A stretch of DNA of 64,000 nucleotides from Camelus dromedarius (Eukaryota), in assembly GCF_036321535.1 (NCBI RefSeq), contig NC_087436.1, positions 2,914,001 to 2,978,000 of the forward strand. Reading direction: 5' to 3'. The position numbers and the translations under genes were made by a program. A model generated the notes under the pieces. That model was not told the origin of the DNA. It searched no databases and saw only the letters and a list, made by a program, of their open reading frames with translations. Position 1 is the stretch's first letter. The number at the start of each line of letters is the position of its first letter. Positions 51,182 to 62,800 of the stretch are shown here, piece by piece.

Positions 51182-54100
51182 TTTCCTAGTGCCGGTTTGA
51201 AGTTCCTGCAGTTTTCACTGTAAAACCGAGTTGGAGCTAGTACCTCCCCATATATACGTATGGAGTGGGGTTGGCAAGTGAAAAGAAACTTTGTGTTCCC
51301 AACAAGCTAGGTGAAGGAAGGCTTTCACACACAATTATCTCTCAGAACTGAGCATGTGGAGAGACGTTCGTTCATCTAGCGCAAAGGGAACGGGTTGCAG
51401 GAGAAACTATTACTCTGGTTTCTCAGTCTGTTTCCTAGTGCTTTTGAAGTTCCTGCAGTTTTCACTCTAAAACAGAGTTTGAGCTAGTACCTCCCCATAT
51501 ATATGTATGGAGTGGTGTTTGCAACTTAATAGAAACTTTGTGTTCCCAACAAGCTTGGTGTAGGACGGCTTTCACATACACTTATCTCTCAGAACTGAGC
51601 ATGTGGAGAGACGTTCGTTCATCTAGCACAAACAGAACGGGTTGCAGGAGAAACTTTTACTCTGGTTTCTCAGTCTGTTTACTAGTGCTGGTTTGAGGTT
51701 CCTGAAGTTTTCACTGTAAAACCGAGTTGTAGCTAGTACCTCCCCATATATATATATGGAGTGGGGTTTGCAAGTCAAAAGAAACTTTGTTTTCCCAACA
51801 AGCTAGGTGAAGGACGGCTTTCACACACAATTACCACTCAGAAATGAGCATGTGGAGAGGCGTTCGTTCATCTAGCATAAAGGGAACGGGTGGCAGGAGA
51901 AATTTTACACTGGTTTCTCTGTCTGTTTCCTAGTGCCGGTTTGAAATTCCTGCAGTTTTCACTGTAAAACCGAGTTGGAGCTATTACCTCCCCATATATA
52001 TGTATGGAGTGGAGTTTGCAATTGAAAAGAAACTTTGTGTTCCCAACAAGAAACGTGAATTACGGCTTTCACACACACTTATCTCTCAGAACTGAGCATG
52101 TGGAGAGACGTTCGTTCATCTAGCACAAAGGGAACGGGTTGCAGGGGAAACTTTTACTCTGGTATCTCAGTCTGACTCCTAGTGCCGGGATGAAGTTCCT
52201 GAATTTTTCACTGTTAAACCGAATTGGAGCTTGTACCTCCCCATATATATGTATGAAGTGGGGTTTGCAACTGAAAAGAAACTTTGTGTTCCCAACAAGC
52301 TATGTGAAGGACGGCTTTCACACACACTTATCTCTCAGAACTGAGCATGTGGAGAGACGTTCGTTCATCTAGCACAAAGGGAACGGGTGGCAGGAGAAAC
52401 TTTTACTCTGGTTTCTCAGTCTGTTTCCTAGTGCAGGTTGGAAGTTCCTTCAATTTTCAATGAAAACAGTGTTGGAGCTAGTACCTCCCCATATATATGT
52501 ATGGATTGGTGTTTGCAACTGAAAAGAAACTTTGTGTTCCCAACAAGCTTGGTGAAGTTCGGCTTTCACACACACTTATCTCTCAGAACTGAGCATGTGG
52601 AGAGACGTTCGTTCATCTAGCACAAACGGAACTGGTTGCAGTAGAAACTTTTACTCTGGTTTCTCAGTCTGTTTCCTAGTGCCGGTTTGAAGTTCCTGCA
52701 GTTTTCACTTTAAAACCGAGTTGGAGCTAGTACCTCCCCATATATATGTATGGAGTGGGGTTTGCAAGTGGAAAGAAACTTTGTGTTCCCAACAATCTAG
52801 TTGAAGGACGGTTTTCACACACAATACTCTCTCAGAACTGAGCACGTGGAGAGACGTTCATTCATCTAGCACAAATGGAACGGGTTGCAGGAGAATCTTT
52901 TACTCTGGTTTCTCAGTCTGTTTCCTAGTGCCGTTTTGAAGTTCCTTCTGTTTTCACTGTAAAACCGTGTTGGAGCTAGTACCTCCCCATATATATGTAT
53001 GGAATGGAGTTAGCAAGTGAAAAGAAACTTCGTGTTCCCAACAAGCTATGTGAATGACGGCTTTCACACACAATTATCTCTCAGAAATGAGCATGTGGTG
53101 AGACGTTCGTTCATCTAGCACAAAGGGAACGGGTTGCAGGAGAATCTTTTACTCTGGTTTCTCAGTCTGTTTCCTAGTGCTGGTTTGATGTTCCTGCAGG
53201 TTTCACTGTAAAACAGAGTTGGAGCTAGTACCCCCCCATATATATGTATGGATTGGAGTTTGCAAGAGAAAAGAATCTTTCTGTTCCCAACAAGCTGGGT
53301 GAAGAACGGCTTTCACACACACTTATCTCTCAGAACTGAGCACGTGGAGAGACGTTCGTTCATCTAGCACAAATGGAACGTGTTGCAAGAGTAACTTTTA
53401 CTCTGGTTTCTCAGTCTGTTTCCTAGTGCCGGTTTGAAGTTCCTGCAGTTTTCACTGTAAAACCGAGTTGGAGCTAGTACCTCCCCATATATACGTATGG
53501 AGTGGGGTTGGCAAGTGAAAAGAAACTTTGTGTTCCCAACAAGCTAGGTGAAGGAAGGCTTTCACACACAATTATCTCTCAGAACTGAGCATGTGGAGAG
53601 ACGTTCGTTCATCTAGCGCAAAGGGAACGGGTTGCAGGAGAAACTATTACTCTGGTTTCTCAGTCTGTTTCCTAGTGCTTTTGAAGTTCCTGCAGTTTTC
53701 ACTCTAAAACAGAGTTGGAGCTAGTACCTCCCCATATATATGTATGGAGTGGTGTTTGCAACTTAATAGAAACTTTGTGTTCCCAACAAGCTTGGTGTAG
53801 GACGGCTTTCACATACACTTATCTCTCAGAACTGAGCATGTGGAGAGACGTTCGTTCATCTAGCACAAACAGAACGGGTTGCAGGAGAAACTTTTACTCT
53901 GGTTTCTCAGTCTGTTTACTAGTGCTGGTTTGAGGTTCCTGAAGTTTTCACTGTAAAACCGAGTTGTAGCTAGTACCTCCCCATATATATATATGGAGTG
54001 GGGTTTGCAAGTCAAAAGAAACTTTGTTTTCCCAACAAGCTAGGTGAAGGACGGCTTTCACACACAATTACCACTCAGAAATGAGCATGTGGAGAGGCGT

Positions 54101-55655
54101 TCGTTCATCTAGCATAAAGGGAACGGGTGGCAGGAGAAATTTTACACTGGTTTCTCTGTCTGTTTCCTAGTGCCGGTTTGAAATTCCTGCAGTTTTCACT
54201 GTAAAACCGAGTTGGAGCTATTACCTCCCCATATATATGTATGGAGTGGAGTTTGCAATTGAAAAGAAACTTTGTGTTCCCAACAAGAAACGTGAATTAC
54301 GGCTTTCACACACACTTATCTCTCAGAACTGAGCATGTGGAGAGACGTTCGTTCATCTAGCACAAAGGGAACGGGTTGCAGGGGAAACTTTTACTCTGGT
54401 ATCTCAGTCTGACTCCTAGTGCCGGGATGAAGTTCCTGAATTTTTCACTGTTAAACCGAATTGGAGCTTGTACCTCCCCATATATATGTATGAAGTGGGG
54501 TTTGCAACTGAAAAGAAACTTTGTGTTCCCAACAAGCTATGTGAAGGACGGCTTTCACACACACTTATCTCTCAGAACTGAGCATGTGGAGAGACGTTCG
54601 TTCATCTAGCACAAAGGGAACGGGTGGCAGGAGAAACTTTTACTCTGGTTTCTCAGTCTGTTTCCTAGTGCAGGTTGGAAGTTCCTTCAATTTTCAATGA
54701 AAACAGTGTTGGAGCTAGTACCTCCCCATATATATGTATGGATTGGTGTTTGCAACTGAAAAGAAACTTTGTGTTCCCAACAAGCTTGGTGAAGTTCGGC
54801 TTTCACACACACTTATCTCTCAGAACTGAGCATGTGGAGAGACGTTCGTTCATCTAGCACAAACGGAACTGGTTGCAGTAGAAACTTTTACTCTGGTTTC
54901 TCAGTCTGTTTCCTAGTGCCGGTTTGAAGTTCCTGCAGTTTTCACTTTAAAACCGAGTTGGAGCTAGTACCTCCCCATATATATGTATGGAGTGGGGTTT
55001 GCAAGTGGAAAGAAACTTTGTGTTCCCAACAATCTAGTTGAAGGACGGTTTTCACACACAATACTCTCTCAGAACTGAGCACGTGGAGAGACGTTCATTC
55101 ATCTAGCACAAATGGAACGGGTTGCAGGAGAATCTTTTACTCTGGTTTCTCAGTCTGTTTCCTAGTGCCGTTTTGAAGTTCCTTCTGTTTTCACTGTAAA
55201 ACCGTGTTGGAGCTAGTACCTCCCCATATATATGTATGGAATGGAGTTAGCAAGTGAAAAGAAACTTCGTGTTCCCAACAAGCTATGTGAATGACGGCTT
55301 TCACACACAATTATCTCTCAGAAATGAGCATGTGGTGAGACGTTCGTTCATCTAGCACAAAGGGAACGGGTTGCAGGAGAATCTTTTACTCTGGTTTCTC
55401 AGTCTGTTTCCTAGTGCTGGTTTGATGTTCCTGCAGGTTTCACTGTAAAACAGAGTTGGAGCTAGTACCCCCCCATATATATGTATGGATTGGAGTTTGC
55501 AAGAGAAAAGAATCTTTCTGTTCCCAACAAGCTGGGTGAAGAACGGCTTTCACACACACTTATCTCTCAGAACTGAGCACGTGGAGAGACGTTCGTTCAT
55601 CTAGCACAAATGGAACGTGTTGCAAGAGTAACTTTTACTCTGGTTTCTCAGTCTG
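51182..55655. repeat. 9-mer tandem duplication (2237 bp): T U N V W E F G H' x2
   Basis: ORF offsets 52139->54376 and 52438->54675 are 2237. Both copies share private variants GAGAGGCG, CTGACTCC, CGGTTTTCAC and AAACTTCGTG. Confidence 0.9.
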
Positions 55656-57395
55656 TTTCCTAGTGCCGGTTTGAAGTTCCTGCAGTTTTCAAGTTAAAAC
55701 CGAGTTGGAGCTAGAACCTCCCATATACATGTATGGAGCGGAGTTTGCAGGTGAAAAGAAACTTTGTGTTCCCAACAAGCTTGGTGAAGGACGGCTTTCA
55801 CATACAATAATCTCTCAGAAATGAGCATGTGGAGAGACGCCCGTTCAACTAGCACAAAGGGAACGGTTTGAAGGAGAAACTTTTACTCTGGTTTCTCAGT
55901 CTTTTTCCTAGTGCCGGTTTGAAGTTCCTGCAGTTTTCACTGTAAAACCGAGTTGGAGCTAGTACCTCCCCATATATATGTATGGACTGGAGTTTGCAAC
56001 TGAAAAGAAACTTTGTGTTCCCAACAAGCTGTGTGAAGGACGGATTTCACACACACTTATCTCTCAGAACTGAGCATGTGGAGAGAATTTCGTTCATCTA
56101 GCACAAAGGGAACGGATTGCAGGAGAATCTATTACTCTGGTTTCTCAGTCTGTTTACTAGTGCCGGTTGGAATTTCCTTCAGTTTTCAATGAAAAACAGT
56201 GTTGGAGCTAGTACCTCCCCATATATATGTATGGATTGGTGTTTGCAACTGAAAAGAACTTTGTGTTCCCAACAAGCTTGGTGAAGGACTGCTTTCTCAT
56301 ACACTTATCACTCAGAAATGAGCATGTGGAGAGACGTTCTTTCATCTTGCATAAAGTGAACGGGTTGCAGGAGAAACTTTTACTCTGGTTTCTCTGTCTC
56401 TTTCCTAGTGCAGGTTTGAAGTTCCTGCAGTTTTCACTGTAAAACCGAGTTGGAGCTATTACTTCCCCATATATATGTATGGAGTGGAGTTTGCAATTGA
56501 AAAGAAACTTTGTGTTCCCAAAAGAAAAGTGAAGGACGGCTTTCACACACACGTATCTCTCAGAACTGAGCATGTGGAGAGACGTTCGTTCATCTAGCAC
56601 AAATGGAACGGGTTGCAGGAGAAACTTTTTCTCTGGTTTCTCAGTCTGTTTCCTAGTGCCGGGATGATGTTCCTGAATTTTTCACTGTAAAACCGAATTG
56701 GAGCTAGTACCTCCCCATATATATGTGTGGAGTGGGGTTTGCAACTGAAAAGAAACTTTGTGTTCCCAACAAGCTATGTGAAGGACGGCTTTCACACACA
56801 CTTATCTCTCAGAAGTGAGCATGTGGAGAGACTTTCGTTCATCTAGCACAAATGGAACGGATTGCAGGAGAAACCTTTACTCTGGTTTCTTAGTCTTTTT
56901 CCTAGTGCCGTTTGGAAGTTCCTTCAGTTTTCAATGAAAAACTGTGTTGGAGCTAGTACCTCCCCATATATATGTATGGATTGGTGTTTTCAACTGAAAA
57001 GATACTTTGTGTTCCCAACAAGCTTGGTGAAGTACGGCTTTCACATACACATATCTCTCAGAACTGAGCATGTGGAAAGACGTACGTTCATCTAGCACAA
57101 ACGGAACGGGTTGCAGTAGAAACTTTTTCTCTGGTTTCTCAGTCTGTTTCCTAGTGGCGGTTTGAAGTTCCTGCAGTTTTCACTGTAAAACCGAGTTGGA
57201 GCTAGTACCTCCCCATATATACGTATGGAGTGGTGTTTGCAAGTGAAAAGAAACTTTGTGTTCCCAACAAGCTATGTGAAGGAAGGCTTTCACACACAAT
57301 TATCCCTCAGAACTGAGCATGTGGAGAGAGTTTCGTTCATCTAGCGCAAAGGGAACGGGTTGCAGGAGAAACTTTTACTCTGGTTTCTCAGTCTG

Positions 57396-59877
57396 TTTCC
57401 TAGTGCCGTTTGAATTTCCTGCAGTTTTCACTGTAAAACCGATTTGGAACTATTACCTCCCCATATATATGTATGGAGTGGAGTTTGCAAGTGAAAAGAA
57501 ACTTTGTGTTCCCAACAAGCTTGTTGAAGTTGGCTTTCACACACAATTATCTCTCAGAACTGAGCATGTGGAGAGACGTTCATTCAATTAGCACAAATGG
57601 AACGGGTTGCAGGAGAAAACTTTACTCTGGTTTCTCAGTCTGTTTCGTAGTGCCGTTTGGAAGTTCGTTCAGTTTTCAATGAAAAACTGTGTTGGGGCTA
57701 CAACCTCCCCATATATATGTATGGATTGGTGTTTGCAACTGAAAAGATACTTTGTGTTCCCAACAAGCTTGTTGAAGGACGGCTTTCACATACACTTATC
57801 TCTCAGAACTGAGCATGTGGAGAGACGTTCGTTCATCTAGCACAAACGGAACGGGTTGCAGTAGAAACTTTTTCTCTGGTTTCTCAGTCTGTTTCCTAGT
57901 GCCGGTTTGAAGTTCCTGCAGTTTTCACTGTAAAACCGAGTTGGAGCTAGTACCACCCCATATATACGTATGGAGTGGGTTTTGCAAGTTAAAAGAAACT
58001 TTGTGTTCCCAACAAGCTAGGTGAAGGAAGGATTTCACACACAATTATCTCTCAGAACTGAGCAGGTGGAGAGACGTTCGTTCATCTAGCGCAAAGAGAA
58101 CGGGTTGCAGGAGAAACTTTTACTCTGGTTTCTCAGTCTGTTTCCTAGTGCCGTTTGAAGTTCCTGCAGTTTTCACTGTAAAACCGATTTGGAGCTAGTA
58201 CTTCCCCATATATATGTAAGGAGTGGAGTTTGCAATTGAAAAGAAACTTTGTGTTCCCAGCAAGCTAGTTGAAGGCGGCTTTCACACACAATTATCTCTC
58301 AGAACTGAGCACGTGGAGAGACGTTCATTCATCTAGCACAAATGTAACGGGTTGAAGGAGAAACTTTTACTCTGGATTCTCAGTCTGTTTCCTAGTGCCG
58401 GTTTGAAGTTACTGCAATTTTCACTGTAAAATCGAGTTGGAGCTAGTACCTCCCCATATATATGTATGGATTGGTGTTTGCAACTGAAAGAATACTTTGT
58501 GTTCCCAACAAGCTTTGTGAAGGACGGCTTTCACATACACTTATCTCTCAGAACTGAGCATGTGGAGAGACGTTCGTTCATCTAGCACAAACGGAACGGT
58601 TTGCAGTAGAAACTTTTTCTCTGGTTTCTCAGTCTGCTTCCTAGTGCCGTTTGAAGTTCCTGCATTTTTCACTGTAAAACCGATTTGGAGCTAGTACCTC
58701 CCCATATATATGTATGGAGTGGAGTTTGCAATTGAAAAGAAACTTTGTGTTCCCAAAACAAACGTGAAGGACGGCTTTCACACACACTTATCTCTCAGAA
58801 CTGAGCATGTGGAGAGACGTTCGTTCATCCAGCACAAAGGGAACGGGTTGCAGGAGAAACTTTTACTCTGGATTCTCAGTCTGTTTCCTAGTGCCGGGAT
58901 GAAGTTCCTGAATTTTTCACTGTAAAACTGAATTGGAGCTAGTACCTCCCCATATATATGTGTGGAGTGGGGTTTGCAACTGAAAAGAAACTTTGTGTTC
59001 CCAACAAGCTATGTGAAGGACGGCTTTCACACACACTTATCTCTCAGAAGTGAGCATGTGGAGAGACGTTCGTTCATCTAGCACAAATGGAACGGATTGC
59101 AGGAGAAACCTTTACTCTGGTTTCTCAGTCTGTTTCCTAGTGCCGTTTGGAAGTTCCTTCAGTTTTCAATGAAAAACTGTGTTGGAGCTAGTACCTCCCC
59201 ATATATATGTATGGATTGGTGTTTGCAACTGAAAAGATACTTTGTGTTCCCAACAAGCTTGGTGAAGAACGGCTTTCACATACACTTATCTCTCAGAACT
59301 GAGCATGTGGAGAGACGTTCATTCATCTAGCACAAATGGAACGGGTTGAAGGAGAAACTTTTACTCTGGATTCTCAGTCTGTTTCCTAGTGCCGGTTTAA
59401 AGTTCCTGCATTTTTCACTGTAAAACCGAGTTGGAGCTAGTACCTCCCCATATATATGTATGGAGTGGAGTTTGCAAGTGAAAAGAAACTTTGTGTTCCC
59501 AACAAGCTAGTTGAAGGCGGCTTTCACACACAATTATCTCTCAGAACTGAGCATGTGGAGAGACGTTCGTTCATCTAGCACAAAGGGAACGGGTGTCAGG
59601 AGAAACTTTTACTCTGGTTTCTAAGTCTGTTTCCTAGTGCCGGTTTGAATTCCTGAAGTTTTCACTGTAAAACCGAATTGGAGCTAGTACCTCCCCATAT
59701 ATATGTATGGAGTGGGTTTTGCAACTGAAAAGAAACTTTGTGTTCCCAACAAGCTATGTGAAGGACGGCTTTCACAAACACTTATCTCTCAGAACTGAGC
59801 ATGTGGAGAGACGTTCGTTCATCCAGCACAAAGGGAACTGGTTGCAGGAGAAACTATTACTCTGGTTTCTCAGTAAG
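57396..59877. repeat. Diverged transition zone of core-like monomers
   Basis: Class motifs are still recognisable, but there are many private changes (GCTACAACC, TACCACCCC, GAGCAGGTGG, AAGTTACTGC, GGGTGTCAGG) and I saw no exact partner copy. Confidence 0.7.
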
Positions 59878-62800
59878 TTTCCAGTTGCCGCTTTGAAGTT
59901 CCTGCAGTTTTCACTGTAAAACCGAGTTGGAGCTAGTACATCCCCATAAATATGTATGGAGTGGAGTTTGCTACTGTAAAGAATCTTTGTGTTCCCAACA
60001 AGCTAGGTGAAGGACGGCTTTCACACACACTTATCTCTCAGAACTGAGCATGTGGAGAGACGTTCGTTCATCTTGCAAAAATGGAACTGTTTGCAGGAGA
60101 AATTTTACTCTGGTTTCTCAGTCTGTTTCCTAGAACCGGTTTGATGTTCCTGCAGTTTTCACTGTAAAACCGAGTTGGAGCTAGTACCTCCCCATATATA
60201 TGTATGGAGTAGAGTTTGCAAATGAAAAGAAACTTTGTGTTCCCAAGAAGCTTTGCGAAAGACGGCTTTCACACACACTTATCTCTCAGAGCTGAGCATG
60301 TGGAGAGACGTTCGTTCATCTAGCACTAAGGAAACGGTTTGCAGGAGAAACTTTTACTCTGGGTTCTCATTCTGTTTCCTAGTGCCAGTTTGAAGTTCCT
60401 GCAGTTTTCACTGTAAATACGAGTTGGAGCTTGTACATTCCCATATATAAGTATGGAGTGGAGTTTGCAACTGAAAAGAAACTTTGTGTTCCCTACAAGC
60501 TAGGTGAAGGAAGGCATTCACACACAGTTAACTCTCAGAATTGAGCATGTGGGGAGACGCTCGTTCATCCAGCACAAAGGAAACGGGTTGCACGGGAAAC
60601 TTTTACTCTGGTTTCTCAGTCTGTTTCCTAGTGCCCGTTTGAAGTTCCTGTAGTTATCACTGTAAAACCGAGTTGGAGATAGTACCTCCCATATATATAT
60701 TTATGGAGTGGAGTTTGAAAGTGAAGAGAAACTTTGTGTTCCCAAGAAGCTAGGTGAAGGACGGCTTTCACACACCCATTTATCTTAGAACTGAGCATGT
60801 GGAGAGACGTTCGTTCATCTAGCACAAAGGGAACTGGTTGCAGGAGAAACTATTACTCTGGTTTCTCAGTATGTTTCCTGTTGCCGCTTTGAAGTTCCTG
60901 CAGTTTTCACTGTAAAACCGAGTTGGAGCTAGTACATCCCCATAAATATGTATGGAGTGGAGTTTGCAACTGTAAAGAAACTTTGTGTTCCCAACAAGCT
61001 AGGTGAAGGACGGCTTTCACACACACTTATCTCTGAGAAATGAGCATGTGGAGAGACGTTCTTTCATCTAGCACAAAGGGAACGGGTTGCAGGAGAAACT
61101 TTTACTCGGGTTTCTCAGTCTGTTTCCTAGTGCCGGTTTGAAGTTCCTGCAGTTTTCACTGTAAAACCGTGTTGGAGCTAGTACCTCCCCATATATATGT
61201 ATGGAGTGGAGTTTGCAATTGAAGAGAAACTTTGTGTTCCCAACAAGCTAGGTGAAGGACGGCTTTCACACACACTTATCTCTCAGAACTGAGCATGTGG
61301 AGAGACGTTCGTTCATCTTGCAAAAAGGGAACTGTTTGCAGGAGAAATTTTACTCTGGTTTCTCAGTCTGTTTCCTAGAACCGGTTTGATGTTCCTGCAG
61401 TTTTCAGTGTAAAACCGAGTTGGAGCTAGTACCTCCCCATATATATGTATGGAGTAGAGTTTGCCAATGAAAAGAAACTTTGTGTTCCCAAGAAGCTTTG
61501 CGAAAGACGGCTTTCACACACACTTATCTCTCAGACTGAGCATGTGGAGAGACATTCATTCATCTAGCACAAAGAGAACGGGTTGCAGGAGAAACTTTTA
61601 CTCTGGTTTCTCAGTCTATTTCCTAGTGCCGGTTTGAAGTTCCTGCAGGTTTCACTGTAAAACCGAGTTGGAGCTAGTACCTCCCCATATATATGTATGG
61701 AGTGGAGTTTGCAACTGAAAAGAAACTTTGTGTTCCCAACAAGCTAGTTGAAGGACGGCTTTCACACAAAATTATCTCTCAGAACTGAGCATGTGGAGAG
61801 ACGTTCGTTCATCTAGCACTAAGGAAACGGTTTGCAGGAGAAACTTTTACTCTGGGTTCTCATTCTGTTTCCTAGTGCCAGTTTGAAGTTCCTGCAGTTT
61901 TCACTGTAAATACGAGTTGGAGCTTGTACATTCCCATATATAAGTATGGATTGGAGTTTGCAACTGAAAAGAAACTTTGTGTTCCATACAAGCTAGGTGA
62001 AGGAAGGCATTCACACACAGTTAACTCTCAGAATTGAGCATGTGGAGAGACGTTCGTTCATCTAGCACAAAGGAAACTTGTTGCAGTGGAAACTTTATTT
62101 GTGGTTTCTCAGTCTGTTTCTTTGTACCGGTTTGAAGTTCCTTAATTTTCACTGTAAAACCGAGTTGGAGCTAGTACATCCCCATATATATGTATGGAGT
62201 GGAGTTTGCAAATGAAAAGAAACCTTGTGTTCCCAAGAATCTTTGTGAAAGACGGCTTTCACACACACTTATCTCTCAGAACTGAGCATGTGGAGAGACG
62301 TTCATTCATCTAGCACAAAGAGAACGGGGTGCAGGAGAAACTTTTACTCTGGTTTCTCAGTCTATTTCCTAGTGCCGGTTTGAAGTTCCTGCAGGTTTCA
62401 CTGTAAAACCGAGTTGGAGCTAGTACCACCCCATATATATGTATGGAGTGGAGTTTGCAACTGAAAAGAAGCTTTGTGTTCCAAACAAGCTAGGTGAAGG
62501 ACGGCTTTCAAACACACTTATCTCTCAGAACTGAGCATGTGGAGAGACATTCGTTCATCTTGCACAAAGGGAACAGTTTGCAGGAGAAACTTTTACTCTG
62601 GTTTCTCAGTCTGTTTCCTACTACCGGTTTGTTGTTCCTGCAGTTTTCACTGTAAAACCGAGTTGGAATTAGTATCTCCCCATATATATGTATGGAGTGG
62701 AGTTTGCAAATGAAAAGAAACTTTGTGTTCCCAAGAAGCTATGTGAAAGTCGGCTTTCACACACACTTATCTCTCAGAACTGAGCATGTGGAGAGACTTT

